From the NCBI GenBank assembly GCA_963702415.1, contig CAVPCP010000021.1, positions 145,383 to 209,382 of the forward strand: 64,000 nucleotides of DNA, in the 5' to 3' direction. Below the pieces are notes generated by a model. The model saw only the letters and a list, made by a program, of their open reading frames with translations. It ran no database searches and was not told the origin of the DNA. The DNA is from an uncultured Bacteroidales bacterium (GTDB lineage Bacteria; Bacteroidota; Bacteroidia; Bacteroidales; VadinHA17). A program made the position numbers and the translations under genes. Shown here in pieces: positions 1-10,718 of this stretch. Each line of letters starts with the position of its first letter. Position 1 is the stretch's first letter.

Positions 1-255
1 GCCGAAGGTCTGGGAATAGAATCAGTCCGTCAAAGGATTTATTTAGGTACCTGCAGAAGCGAGGAGGTTTATCTGAATACACTGAAAGAGTTTGCAAATA
101 AAAAGGAATCATTTTATAAAGTCATTCGTGAATTCCCTTACCTGGATGAGAGGACAAAAAAGGATATGGTCCGCTATCTCGACGAATTCTACAGCGGCTT
201 TGACAAAAGAACAAGCATTGTTTATAAACTGCTTAATGAATGTAAAAACTTCTAA
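1..255 (+). CDS. 3' end of CotH-like (atypical kinase fold) protein, partial
   Basis: Frame 1 reads ...SVRQRIYLGTCRSEEVY...FPYLDERTKKDMVRYLDEFY...ECKNF*, matching the C-terminus of 36744..37814; lies next to DUF4956. Confidence 0.65.
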   Translation, partial: AEGLGIESVRQRIYLGTCRSEEVYLNTLKEFANKKESFYKVIREFPYLDERTKKDMVRYLDEFYSGFDKRTSIVYKLLNECKNF

Positions 256-266
256 TATTAATTGCC

Positions 267-923
267 ATGTCATTCTTTGCATTTGATCAGGATCCTATAT
301 GGAATGTATTTATCCGTTTTCTGGTAAGTATTGTTGTACAATTTATTGTAATACGACTTATCTATTACCGGTATACCAGAAACAGGAACACTGTATTTGC
401 ATTCTACCAGATGGGAATTATGATCTTCCTTGTTTGCGTTCTCATGAAAACTGTTGAGGTTCAGCTCGGGATCGCTCTCGGACTATTCGCCATTTTTGCC
501 ATTATGCGTTTCAGGTCGCGGAACCTGCCACTCAGGCAAATGGCTTATTTCTTCACTGTTATCGGAATATCCGTGATCAATGCCATGGCAGTTTTTTACC
601 ATCCTGTTCGCGGACCGATTTTGATAAACTCGATCATTATCCTGTCAGTGTTCCTTCTGGAGAAATTTCTTAACAGAACAGCAGAAGAAAAGAGTAAGAA
701 AAAGTTGAAGAAAAAGTCGAAGAAAAAAGCATTCAGGAAAACCGTACTACTCTATAACAGGCTCGAATTGCTGGATCCGGAGAACGAAAGCGATCTACTG
801 ACCGATATCTCCTCACGCACGCATATGAAAATTGAGAAGGCTGAAATAAGAAAAATCGATCTGGTAAAGGGCACCGCTGAACTTGAGATTTCGTACAGAG
901 ACAAAGTTTCCGGGGAGAAATAG
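267..923 (+). CDS. DUF4956 family membrane protein
   Basis: GIALGLFAIFAIMRFR and YFF..IGISVINA motifs; hydrophobic N-terminal half. Confidence 0.8.
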   Translation: MSFFAFDQDPIWNVFIRFLVSIVVQFIVIRLIYYRYTRNRNTVFAFYQMGIMIFLVCVLMKTVEVQLGIALGLFAIFAIMRFRSRNLPLRQMAYFFTVIGISVINAMAVFYHPVRGPILINSIIILSVFLLEKFLNRTAEEKSKKKLKKKSKKKAFRKTVLLYNRLELLDPENESDLLTDISSRTHMKIEKAEIRKIDLVKGTAELEISYRDKVSGEK

Positions 924-1075
924 ATCTTACGAAATATAAGACGCCGTTTCCTGCCGGGATCTTTTTTTTAGACCGTTATATAAAAGAGGTCTTAATAATT
1001 GTCCTGACAGAACAATTGGTCTGAATGCAGGTCATTTTTTTTATGTATTTTTGTTTTTTCCAAAACATGGTTTAA

Positions 1076-1795
1076 ATGAAAAAAACTATTCTTATTTTTT
1101 TATTGGTATTTATTGGTTATTCAGCTAATTCTCAGGTTCTTATTTCTCTCCTGCTTGGGGATGTCCTGAATTCCGATAAAATTGAATTCGGACTTGACGG
1201 AGGAGTGAACTTCGCTAACATTGCTAACCTGGATCCGGGTAAATCAGAAGCATTTTTTAACCTGGGATTTTACTTTGATATCAAATTGAAAAATCAGCTT
1301 ATGCTGCACACGGGGGTATTGGTTAAATCGAACCAGGGTGCAGACATGCTGGATCCTTATCCTCTGAATAATCCTGATCTGGATGCTGTATTTTCTACCG
1401 GTCATGTAACCAGGCAAATCAACAACTTCAGTGTCCCCATAATGCTTAAATACAGGTTTGCCGGGCTGTTTCATTTAGAAGCAGGCCCGATGCTTGCACT
1501 GAGGACCAAAGGATATGACGAATTCAAGAATACAATAATTGATGCGGAGGATGTTACTTACAAGCTTGATATTAAGGATAACTACAAAAGAATTGATGCC
1601 GGTATTATGGTTGGAGCCGGCTTCAAGTTGTCAAAAAAAATACCAAAAAGTTCTCAGATAGGAATCCGCTATTATTACGGACTGGTAGATCCGGTGATAG
1701 ATAACCCGGGAGAATCACAGAATTTTTCATCGCTGTACCTTTACTTCTCTATCCCTATCGGTGCACATAAAAAGCCTGAGGCAGAACCGAAATAA
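1076..1795 (+). CDS. Outer-membrane beta-barrel (porin family) protein
   Basis: Signal peptide, FGLDGGVNFAN, VPIMLKY, IRYYYGL motifs. Confidence 0.75.
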   Translation: MKKTILIFLLVFIGYSANSQVLISLLLGDVLNSDKIEFGLDGGVNFANIANLDPGKSEAFFNLGFYFDIKLKNQLMLHTGVLVKSNQGADMLDPYPLNNPDLDAVFSTGHVTRQINNFSVPIMLKYRFAGLFHLEAGPMLALRTKGYDEFKNTIIDAEDVTYKLDIKDNYKRIDAGIMVGAGFKLSKKIPKSSQIGIRYYYGLVDPVIDNPGESQNFSSLYLYFSIPIGAHKKPEAEPK

Positions 1796-1808
1796 TTGCA
1801 GGAAGTAA

Positions 1809-2648
1809 GTGAAATATTTTTTAAGAAAAATACTTAATTTATCCTGCAGCAAAATAACTCAGGCTCCTGAGGGTTGTAAAGGTACCTTTTTAGTATTTCT
1901 GGTTTTCATCTTCTCTCTATGTGTTAATGCTCAGACTACCAGCTACAACCAGTTAGCCAATGAGTTACAGTTTTCCAGGGCAATAAACGACAGATGGGCT
2001 GCAGAAACATGGCTCGGCGGTACTTTTAGCAGCACACCCACTGAGAGTCATGTACTTAATACAAATATTCAACGATATATATTTATATGGGGACACTATT
2101 ATTTATCACCCAGATGGAAGCTCTCTTCATCCCTTGCTTACTATTACAATAAGGATGTGCCTGATATCGGTCAGTATTTTTCTCCTGAATATCGTTTGAC
2201 ACTTCAGGGAATATATTATATCCATAAAACCGGATATACCTTATTAACAAGAATGAGGGGCGAGTTCAGGTATATGATGAATGCTGACGGAGTATTTGAA
2301 GATAAGTACCGGTATCGCCAGATGATAAAATTTGTTAAACCGGTAAACAGCCAGGTATTAAGGCAGGGGGTAGTTTATTTTGTCACAACTGAAGAACTTT
2401 TATTTAAACCTGAAGCAAAAACCAAAGGAGTCAACTTTTTCGACCGCAACCGCTTTGAAATCGGAGGCGGTTATCTTATTACGGATAACCTTCAGATTGA
2501 ATTAACTTATGTTAATGAATTTATGCCGCGCGATAATGGCAATGAGGTTTATAATGTTATTGCCTTTACTGTTACCCTTAATAATCTCTTACTCAATCTG
2601 AAAAAAAGTTTAACTTCCCAATCATCTGAAAAAGAAAAACCAGACTGA
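1809..2648 (+). CDS. DUF2490-like outer-membrane protein
   Basis: EYR...Q, R.R.E.R and FDRNRFEIGGGY motifs; start codon uncertain. Confidence 0.7.
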   Translation: MKYFLRKILNLSCSKITQAPEGCKGTFLVFLVFIFSLCVNAQTTSYNQLANELQFSRAINDRWAAETWLGGTFSSTPTESHVLNTNIQRYIFIWGHYYLSPRWKLSSSLAYYYNKDVPDIGQYFSPEYRLTLQGIYYIHKTGYTLLTRMRGEFRYMMNADGVFEDKYRYRQMIKFVKPVNSQVLRQGVVYFVTTEELLFKPEAKTKGVNFFDRNRFEIGGGYLITDNLQIELTYVNEFMPRDNGNEVYNVIAFTVTLNNLLLNLKKSLTSQSSEKEKPD

Positions 2649-3173
2649 TTACTTTTTCTTCCTCTCTTCTTCTTCCTTTAAAAAACATGCTAACTGTTCC
2701 TTCAGTGCTGCTTTATGCAGTTTAAATACATATGATCTTATACCTTCTTCACCCATCATGTCAATCTTTACTTCCATAACTTCATAATTCAACAATTGAT
2801 CCATCTCTTCTTTGCCGATAAGATAGAGCATTTCCATAACAGTATCCTTATCCGCATAGCGGGTATCGTAATGTCTGAGCTTATAAATGCTGTCATTCGA
2901 CAGCTTCAGTTCAAGTCCTTTTTTAAGCTTATTCCCTGCCGGTTTTTCGGGAAACGGGACAGGATGTAACTCCAGAAAGAAGTTTTCTCTGTCAGTGACA
3001 ATACATCCTTGTAATGATTTTGCCTCTGTCCAGTAAAAATTAACCGGTTCCATATAATACTGCATTGATCCGTCGGGAGAGACACGGTTAAGTATCTCGC
3101 ATTGCGTGAATCCGGGCGTTGAGCAAAACAAAAGTCCTGATGCCAGAATTAAAATTCTATTTGTTGTCTTCAT
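2649..3173 (-). CDS. Hypothetical exported protein
   Basis: 174-aa ORF with N-terminal signal-like segment. Confidence 0.6.
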   Translation of the reverse strand: MKTTNRILILASGLLFCSTPGFTQCEILNRVSPDGSMQYYMEPVNFYWTEAKSLQGCIVTDRENFFLELHPVPFPEKPAGNKLKKGLELKLSNDSIYKLRHYDTRYADKDTVMEMLYLIGKEEMDQLLNYEVMEVKIDMMGEEGIRSYVFKLHKAALKEQLACFLKEEEERKKK

Positions 3174-3349
3174 TAGTTATAAAGTTAGAAATTTATGGAG
3201 GATTCTCTTTCACGTTCTCCCTCCTGAAGAAATGATAATTGTCCTGTATTTGTAAACTTTCTTCCTGTTACTGTCATAGTTCACAAATTTAATCAGAACT
3301 AATTTGTTTTTCAAATAATGTTCAGCTTTTTGGGGGGTTAAGACCTTCA

Positions 3350-4480
3350 TTACCTAAGCCAGGCAGTTCCAAAAACGATATAAAATGCAAAATCATCCTG
3401 GCTAAAACCAAAATCCATCCCCATACTGGTCCCCAGTTTTCTGGCTGCAAGGTACCTGAATCCTGTACCGAAGGTTGTGACACTTTTTCCCTCGCTGAAA
3501 TTTTCGAAGTTTTCAAAAGCATTTCCTATGCCGGTGAAACCCGAAATAAACCAGCGCTTATATACATTCCAGGTCACTTCAGTTTCTAAAAGTGTAGTAT
3601 GATTATTCTGATATTTCATCATCGGGGCACCTCGTAAAACTACTATTGGCCGGGCATAAAACGGTACATTACCCAGTGTATAATTACTTTCGTACCTGAT
3701 GCCGGTAAAAAACTTTCTTCCTGAGGGTAAATATCCAATGAGAGTCACACCGATCCTGCCATATAAATCATCCCCTCCCATCCATGTGTCGCTGTATGTT
3801 CCTGCAAGTCCAAAGAATACTCCGCTTGTCGGAGTGAAAACATTATTCCTTGAATCAAATTCAAACTTCAGAGTAGCTTCGCTAAGAGTTGAGCTTTGTT
3901 CAAAGCCGGTGAATTCAGGTATATCAATGGGAACTTCGAAAGTATTGTCAGTCTTCAGAAGCAGGTATCTTCCTCCCGCAAAAAAATCCGTCTCCCCAAG
4001 TCTGAATTTTATCTGTTGGGCCAGAATCCATGCATCCATGTTCATGTTTACTTCTTCTAAATCCAGCAATCCCTGGTTCCCGGAACCATAAAAAGCTATA
4101 TTGGCGTTTGTTTTCGCAACAGCCCCCATATAGCGGATCCGGTCGTTTTTCCAGTAACCTGCATGAAAGATGCCTGCTGCCCAGGTTCCGTTCAGTGTTG
4201 CTCCTCCCATAACACCCGAAATGCTTGGCGGGCCTTTTTTCTCTGAATAGGATGAATGAAAAAACAGTGCTGCCATAGCTATTCCATAGTCAACAGCAGG
4301 TTCTGTAATCACCGTTGGCATAAGCAAAACACCTTTCTTGGTAATCAGCCAGTCGCCAATATCCAGTGCATTGTCCAGGCTGTCACGAAATATTGAAACT
4401 TTTTTTTCGTTCTGGGCATGAAGATTCAGCAGGGGGAGAAACATAAAAATTGCGATTATCAGGATTCCTCGTGGTTTCAT
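3350..4480 (-). CDS. BamA/TamA-like surface-antigen beta-barrel
   Basis: FDSRNNVFTPTSG, LRG and GTGFRY motifs; aromatic C-terminus. Confidence 0.75.
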   Translation of the reverse strand: MKPRGILIIAIFMFLPLLNLHAQNEKKVSIFRDSLDNALDIGDWLITKKGVLLMPTVITEPAVDYGIAMAALFFHSSYSEKKGPPSISGVMGGATLNGTWAAGIFHAGYWKNDRIRYMGAVAKTNANIAFYGSGNQGLLDLEEVNMNMDAWILAQQIKFRLGETDFFAGGRYLLLKTDNTFEVPIDIPEFTGFEQSSTLSEATLKFEFDSRNNVFTPTSGVFFGLAGTYSDTWMGGDDLYGRIGVTLIGYLPSGRKFFTGIRYESNYTLGNVPFYARPIVVLRGAPMMKYQNNHTTLLETEVTWNVYKRWFISGFTGIGNAFENFENFSEGKSVTTFGTGFRYLAARKLGTSMGMDFGFSQDDFAFYIVFGTAWLR

Positions 4481-4527
4481 TTTAATGAAATTAATATTCT
4501 GGTTCCATGCCTGCCATTATCATATTC

Positions 4528-5649
4528 TTAAAGACCAAACCGGTACTGCAATCCGGCTGTTAGTTGCTGACGGGTTCCGAGAAAGCCATACTCTGCCCTG
4601 ACCATGAAGTGTTTATTTATCTGGAATTGTGAACCTACAATAAAGTTCCACATATCCTTTGGTCGTTTAGTGAGTGAATACTGGACGGTTGCCGTCTGAT
4701 CATCATTCAGTGCGCCGTCAATTGTATTCAGGGTGTTGCCTGCGGTCTCAAGCACACGGTTTGCAGTTTCATATTTGGCTTTATTAACGGGGTTATTCTG
4801 CTCCTCCTGCGACAGATCGTTCCACCATTCGTCGACCATAATCCGGGTATCTTCAACTTTTTCCAGTCCGTCATCAACTTTTGCCTGCAAATCGTCGACG
4901 GGTAGAACATCATTAAGAGTAAGCGAACCATTGGTTTCGGAAGAGATATGAACCCTGAAACCGCCAGCCCAGAAAGCTAAAGTTCTTTCAGGCTTTTTAA
5001 ACTTTATTGATTTTCCAAATCTCGGGCCAAATACAAAACTAAATACAGGTTTATCAAGAGCATCCACATCAGTCCATGCTACATTCAAATCAAATGCCAT
5101 GAAGCCACCGGCAATACCGACGGTTGGTGTCATACCGAATCCCATTCCGGTAACGGCAAATTCTGCTTTGGAGGAGAATGAGGTTACTTCTCTCCAGACA
5201 TTTGCAGAATCTGGTAGCCAGAGTCCGGCATCGATGGCTGTAGAACTATTCCCCCTCATAAAAAGACCATAGACATTCAGGAAAGGTAATACCCAGAAAT
5301 CCGGCCTGAAAGTAAGCAGAGAAGTTGTTGATACTGCACTATTGAACCTTATAATCTCATCGATATTGTACATCGGACCATTATTGAATCCGACAGAAAG
5401 GTTATCAATCACCAGGTCCGATTGTTGCCAGGCATAATTCAGGCTTAATCCTGCAGAATAAGGAAGATCAAATCCTTTTGCCGCGATTTTGGCTCCCCAT
5501 GCGGGTAAAATGTAAGGGTAAGGCTTTTGCTTAATACTGTCTGACAGGGCTTGATTCTTTTTACCTACAATTTTATCCGAAGTTACCTGTCCTGTAGTCC
5601 GGGTAAACAGGAATAAGCTTAAAACGATAACAGAGATAGCTATTTTCAT
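4528..5649 (-). CDS. Outer-membrane beta-barrel protein, paralog of 19305..20429
   Basis: Signal peptide; ends QYRFGL; extensive protein similarity to 19305..20429. Confidence 0.7.
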   Translation of the reverse strand: MKIAISVIVLSLFLFTRTTGQVTSDKIVGKKNQALSDSIKQKPYPYILPAWGAKIAAKGFDLPYSAGLSLNYAWQQSDLVIDNLSVGFNNGPMYNIDEIIRFNSAVSTTSLLTFRPDFWVLPFLNVYGLFMRGNSSTAIDAGLWLPDSANVWREVTSFSSKAEFAVTGMGFGMTPTVGIAGGFMAFDLNVAWTDVDALDKPVFSFVFGPRFGKSIKFKKPERTLAFWAGGFRVHISSETNGSLTLNDVLPVDDLQAKVDDGLEKVEDTRIMVDEWWNDLSQEEQNNPVNKAKYETANRVLETAGNTLNTIDGALNDDQTATVQYSLTKRPKDMWNFIVGSQFQINKHFMVRAEYGFLGTRQQLTAGLQYRFGL

Positions 5650-5878
5650 GCGTAAGTAATTTTTATTTTTAATGATCACATGGAACCCAAATGTTCCGTG
5701 AGCGTTATTCGTAAAGGAATATTAGGTTCTTTAAAGATACATTTGGCCCGGCTTTTGGCAAATACCCATTGTTAGGCAATTTTTCACATCCCTGCCGGCA
5801 GAAGTTCGAAAGCAGGTGAATCATTAAGGTTTGTTTCAAAAATCTAAATATCTTTGGAAATAATCCAAGCCAGGTTAT

Positions 5879-6970
5879 ATGAAAACTAACTATGATAGTA
5901 ATCCTGAAAACGAACAAAGAACTATTGATACGGTCCTCAAACTGACACTGATAGCTCTTCTTCTTGCCTGGTGCGCAATGATTCTTCTGCCTTTTGTTAT
6001 GCCGGTTCTCTGGGGCATCATCCTTGCGGTCACATTATTCCCATTATATACCAGGCTTCTGAAACTGGTTAAGGGAAAGAAAGTTCTGTCAGCTACCCTC
6101 ATCACTTTAATATTACTCGCTTTACTGATTGTCCCTTCAGTATGGCTTATATCATCGATTGTCGGGAATGCCAGGGAATTGATTACCTCCGTTCGGGAAC
6201 ATACGCTGGTAATGCCTCCGCCAAAAGCTGAGGTTGCTGACTGGCCAATAGTTGGAAACCCTATATATGCTGCATGGCAGATGCTGTCAACCAATATTGA
6301 GACTGCCATACAAACATACCGTGATAAGCTTCTCGTGGTTGGCGATAAATTTCTGGGAATCATTAAAAGTGTGGGTTCCAGTTTCTTTATTCTGATCATT
6401 TCGGTAATTATTTCCGGAATATTATTAGCAGGTTCTGATAAATCTGAAACATCTGCAACAAATTTTGCAAACAGGCTCGTAGGTAAAACAGGTGACGAGT
6501 TTATAAAAATGATAATAATCACGATCCGGAATGTTGCCAAGGGAATCCTGGGAGTTGCTTTCATTCAGTTTGTATTGATGGGCGGTGCTCTCATTCTTGC
6601 CAAAGTTCCGTTTGCCGGACTCTGGGCACTGGCTGCTCTTCTCTTTGCTATAGTCCAGGCACCGGTCGGCATAGTGGCAATACCCATTGTGATTTATCTT
6701 TATTCAGCAAGAGAACCAGTACCTGCAACTTTATGGTCAATCCTGATAATACTGATTTCACTCAGTGACAATTTCATCAAACCATATCTGATGGGGAAAG
6801 GCGCTCCCGTTCCAACCCTTGTAATATTCCTTGGTGCAATAGGAGGTATGATAATGTCGGGATTTATCGGGCTATTTACCGGAGCCATAATTCTGTCACT
6901 TGGATATAAACTTGCAACTATGTGGCTGGAAGGAGGTCCGCAGGAACAGATTCCTGAATCGCAAACTTGA
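5879..6970 (+). CDS. AI-2E family transporter
   Basis: Multi-TM; DNFIKPYLMG and GAIGG...GFIGLFTGAIIL motifs. Confidence 0.85.
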   Translation: MKTNYDSNPENEQRTIDTVLKLTLIALLLAWCAMILLPFVMPVLWGIILAVTLFPLYTRLLKLVKGKKVLSATLITLILLALLIVPSVWLISSIVGNARELITSVREHTLVMPPPKAEVADWPIVGNPIYAAWQMLSTNIETAIQTYRDKLLVVGDKFLGIIKSVGSSFFILIISVIISGILLAGSDKSETSATNFANRLVGKTGDEFIKMIIITIRNVAKGILGVAFIQFVLMGGALILAKVPFAGLWALAALLFAIVQAPVGIVAIPIVIYLYSAREPVPATLWSILIILISLSDNFIKPYLMGKGAPVPTLVIFLGAIGGMIMSGFIGLFTGAIILSLGYKLATMWLEGGPQEQIPESQT

Positions 6971-7068
6971 TAGTACTTTCTGCCTGATTATAAGGTATTT
7001 TGTGAAGTCCATATCCTGTTCTATTATAGATATTTTTCTATCTTTACAATCAGATTAATTACAATGCC

Positions 7069-8061
7069 ATGGCTTCAAAGAAGATATCGTCCAAAAAGAA
7101 ATCCTCAGCTAATCCTTCCCGGGGTGCAGTTTCAAATCTTGAGGATATCAGCACATTAAGCAAAAAAGAGCTGAGAGAGCGTGCCAGAAAATTCTCAAAA
7201 AAATACCGTGTCGATGACGGAGATGATTTTCGGCTTGATAAATACAGTACAGACCCATTTATCGATCTTGGACCTGAAGATAAGCCGATGATGCGGCAGA
7301 CACTCCAGCTTGGTGTGGATGCACTGGCAGATTTACAGGATATCCTCTATGCACAGGACAAGTGGTCATTGTTGCTGATCTTCCAGGCCATGGATGCCGC
7401 GGGTAAAGACGGAGCAATCAAGCATGTAATGTCGGGGGTAAATCCGCAGGGATGCCAGGTGACATCCTTCAAGTCTCCCAGTGCAGAAGAACTCGACCAT
7501 GATTTCCTTTGGCGCTGCATGAAACAATTACCCGAACGGGGCCGGATTGGTATCTTCAACCGCTCTTATTATGAAGAAGTGCTGGTGGTACGTGTTCATG
7601 AACAGATACTAAGGGCTCAAAAGCTGCCTGAAAAGCTGATTACTGATGATATCTGGAAGGAACGCTTTAAAGACATCCGTAATTTTGAGAAATACCTATC
7701 CAGGAATGGGACGAAAGTTGTCAAGTTTTTCCTTAATGTCTCAAAAAACGAACAGAAAAAACGGTTTATTGAACGTATTGACAATCCGGATAAAAACTGG
7801 AAATTCAGTACAGCTGATGCCAAGGAGCGAACATTCTGGAAAGACTATATGAAAGCCTATGAAGAGATGATACGGAAAACTGCCTCGAGGGAATCTCCCT
7901 GGTATGTTGTTCCGGCTGACAATAAATCGTTTGCACGTATAGTAATTGCCTCTGCTGTTGTCAATGCACTTGCCGGCCTTGATCTGGAATATCCGGCAGT
8001 AGGCAAGGAGAAGGTTGAAGAGCTCAAAGCACTCAGGCAGACACTTATGGACGAAAAATAG
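7069..8061 (+). CDS. ppk2: Polyphosphate kinase 2 family protein
   Basis: Walker A QAMDAAGKDG, FNRSYYEEVL, WYVVPADNK. Confidence 0.92.
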   Translation: MASKKISSKKKSSANPSRGAVSNLEDISTLSKKELRERARKFSKKYRVDDGDDFRLDKYSTDPFIDLGPEDKPMMRQTLQLGVDALADLQDILYAQDKWSLLLIFQAMDAAGKDGAIKHVMSGVNPQGCQVTSFKSPSAEELDHDFLWRCMKQLPERGRIGIFNRSYYEEVLVVRVHEQILRAQKLPEKLITDDIWKERFKDIRNFEKYLSRNGTKVVKFFLNVSKNEQKKRFIERIDNPDKNWKFSTADAKERTFWKDYMKAYEEMIRKTASRESPWYVVPADNKSFARIVIASAVVNALAGLDLEYPAVGKEKVEELKALRQTLMDEK

Positions 8062-8110
8062 TTTCTAAAGATATTTATTTGGGAAAAAACAATTATTAAT
8101 TTATACTCAT

Positions 8111-8626
8111 ATGATCATCAGGAAAAGTTTATGGCTGATTCTCCTCACACTGATTCCGTGTACTGTTTTTTCTCAGGAAAAAAGTAAAAAGGAGCTGAAA
8201 GAGGAACGCAAACTCGAACAACAAAAGAAAACGGAGGAACTGGTAAACAGCAAAACCTTTGTTTTTACAGGCACGACTGCACATCCGCAGGGAGGCAGAT
8301 CGGTGAATCTGACAACCACTCCGAATTTTGTTAAATTCAGTCCCGATGAAATAGAAAGCGATATGCCTTTTTATGGAAGGGCTTACAGCGGAGCAGGTTA
8401 CGGTGGAACAACAGGGATGGACTTTAAAGGAAAACCTGATGATTTTAAAGTTGAGAAAACCAAGAAAGGATATTATATCCAGGCTTCTGTCAGGTCCGAT
8501 AATGAAAGTTATAAACTATCGCTTACAGTAGGAACAGAAGGGAATGCTTCACTTTCCATTTCCAGTGTTAACCGTAGCAGTATGTCTTACTCAGGAGAAA
8601 TCTCAAGTCCTAAAGGAACAGAATAA
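8111..8626 (+). CDS. DUF4251 domain protein
   Basis: Signal peptide; MPFYGRAY and SMSYSG motifs. Confidence 0.75.
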   Translation: MIIRKSLWLILLTLIPCTVFSQEKSKKELKEERKLEQQKKTEELVNSKTFVFTGTTAHPQGGRSVNLTTTPNFVKFSPDEIESDMPFYGRAYSGAGYGGTTGMDFKGKPDDFKVEKTKKGYYIQASVRSDNESYKLSLTVGTEGNASLSISSVNRSSMSYSGEISSPKGTE

Positions 8627-8792
8627 ATGTAAGAGGCTGTATCAAAAGTTTTATTTTGGATACTTTTCCCTTTGTGCAACTTTGTGTCGTACTTCGTGAT
8701 CCTTTGTGGTTCAAAGATTTAAAACTTAACCACAAAGGTCCTCAAAGGTAATCACAAAGGACCCTAAGGACTTTTGATACACCCTCCTACAT
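8627..8792. mobile_element. MITE-like element with 23-bp terminal inverted repeats
   Basis: ATGTAAGAGGCTGTATCAAAAGT (8627-8649) versus the reverse complement of 8770-8792, 21/23 match; interior has CTTTGTG/CACAAAG inverted repeats. Confidence 0.6.
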
Positions 8793-8887
8793 ACAAAAAT
8801 GGATTGAAGCCGGTCCCGTAAAACAAATACGGGACATTCACCGTTTATAGCATAAGGTTTTTTATATATTTGACTAAATTTATTACC

Positions 8888-9442
8888 ATGGAATTAAAAT
8901 ATTACGATAAACCCTGGCTGCCGGCATTCAAAGGAGTATTCCTGATTCTTTTCGGGATCATTGCCATGCTGAGGATCTTCGGAACCATTAAGTCGCTCGG
9001 AGCTCTATTTGCTGTTCTCATTGCCATGATTGGCATACTTCTGATTGCAACCGGCATACGCTATAAGAATTCAAATTTCAGAGTATGGACAATTGTATCA
9101 GGAGTGCTGAATCTGGCCTTCACTATTTATCTGGCGCTGAAAGTCGATTCAGCTAAAGATATTAATGCAGCAAGGATGGGGGTATCAATGGTAATCCTGG
9201 TCTGGGTCTTTTTTTATGCTGTTACAGAGATCATCGAAGCTGCTTTACTTTTTACCATGAAAAACGCCTTTGCAGCATTATTTATGCTAAACGCCCTTCT
9301 TACCCTTATGTTTGGATATTTCCTGCATATTGTTACAACTAACTTTACAGAACAGAGTGTATTTTATATTGGTTTGATAGCTCTCGTTTTTGGACTGGTT
9401 AACGTTCTGAGCTCGTACCTGTTGAGCAGGGTAAAAGAGTAA
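8888..9442 (+). CDS. HdeD/DUF308-like membrane protein
   Basis: W...KGVFLILFGIIA start; about six short TM segments. Confidence 0.6.
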   Translation: MELKYYDKPWLPAFKGVFLILFGIIAMLRIFGTIKSLGALFAVLIAMIGILLIATGIRYKNSNFRVWTIVSGVLNLAFTIYLALKVDSAKDINAARMGVSMVILVWVFFYAVTEIIEAALLFTMKNAFAALFMLNALLTLMFGYFLHIVTTNFTEQSVFYIGLIALVFGLVNVLSSYLLSRVKE

Positions 9443-9839
9443 TTCAGAAAATAGTTGTAACAAAAGGGGCAAAAGCCCCTTTCCTGTTAATTACCCCTAA
9501 ATCCCCCAAGGGGGACTTGAAATCCTGTCGCAAACAACTTGCTCAATAAATACAAAAGGGCTCTGAAAGAGCCAAATGTGAATAACCCCCTGTGCAACCC
9601 TAATCTTTATACACATCTCTCATTTTAATTCTTACGAGTTCATTACGTGCATATTACATATTGCTATAGGGAATATATTTATTGTATTGGATATAATATT
9701 TGTCGTATTACAATATGAAATTATTGCTATTTGTCCTGTAGGATCTCATAAATCCCCAGTACAATTAATAATTCGTGGACTTGTCAAATGATAATAAATC
9801 CTTAAAGGATTTAACAAAGGCACCACTGTTTGTGGTGCG

Positions 9840-10507
9840 ATATGAATAACCTCCGGTGAAACCGGAGGTCGTTACTCCCCACCACTTACCAGCTCTGAAA
9901 GAGCTGAATATGTTGTCTAAGGGAAATATCTTTCATCGATCTTTATTCCGGATTGCATTATCAGACTCCTGTACTCCTCCTCAAAGCCCTTTTTCCTGTG
10001 GTGCTCTGATTGGTTCCTGATATAATCTATCAGATTGCCCAGATCCATATAAGAACAGGTAAAGGATCCATATCCATCGGCCCATCCGTCAAATCCCGGG
10101 AAGAGTCCGCTTTCCTTCATCCATACCGAAGTTGATACTTTCAACTCCCTCATAAAATCTGAAAGAGCATTTGAGGGGTGAAGATCGGTAAGTATGTGCA
10201 AGTGATTTTCAGTACCGTTTATCCGATACAAGTGACTGTTCTTGTTCTTTATTATCCCTGTAATGTAGGAGAAGAGCTGGTCAGCATGCTCCGGGTTTAT
10301 TGAAAGCATGCTGTTTTTGGTCCTGAACACGATGTGATGCAGCAACTGTCGATAGCTGGCCATGGTAAAAAAGATTTAGTTAATAATACAACGAGACAAG
10401 ACCAAGTTACAAAACCTGAATTAGATAAGCAAATATATTAAGGCCTTTCAGGGCTTAGGGCTAGGAGGGCGGTCCCTACCTCCGGTTTCACCGGAGGTTA
10501 TTCATAT
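9840..10507 (-). mobile_element. IS200/IS605-type (or REP-associated) Y1 transposase element bounded by hairpin inverted repeats
   Basis: ATATGAATAACCTCCGGTGAAACCGGAGGT (9840-9869) is exactly inverted at 10478-10507; further hairpins GCTCTGAAAGAGC near 9560 and 9892. Confidence 0.8.
9917..10363 (-). CDS. tnpA: IS200-family HUH (Y1) transposase
   Basis: HIVFRTKN, HUH motif NHLHIL, W..GYG.F, catalytic YI.NQ..HH. Confidence 0.9.
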   Translation of the reverse strand: MASYRQLLHHIVFRTKNSMLSINPEHADQLFSYITGIIKNKNSHLYRINGTENHLHILTDLHPSNALSDFMRELKVSTSVWMKESGLFPGFDGWADGYGSFTCSYMDLGNLIDYIRNQSEHHRKKGFEEEYRSLIMQSGIKIDERYFP

Positions 10508-10718
10508 TCAGTCATATTCATGACTGTTCTGTAAAGCCCCTTGCAGGGCTTTGGATCTGAACTAAACTGCCGGCAGGCAGTTTAGCATCTCCGTCAGGTT
10601 TTGGAGGGGTGCAGAATTTGGATTCCCCATCTAACAACCTGATTATTCAGCAAGGAAGATGTGTATAAAGAGTAGGGGGGGTTGGTGGTAACACATGACT
10701 TTTTTGACTCCCGTTTTC

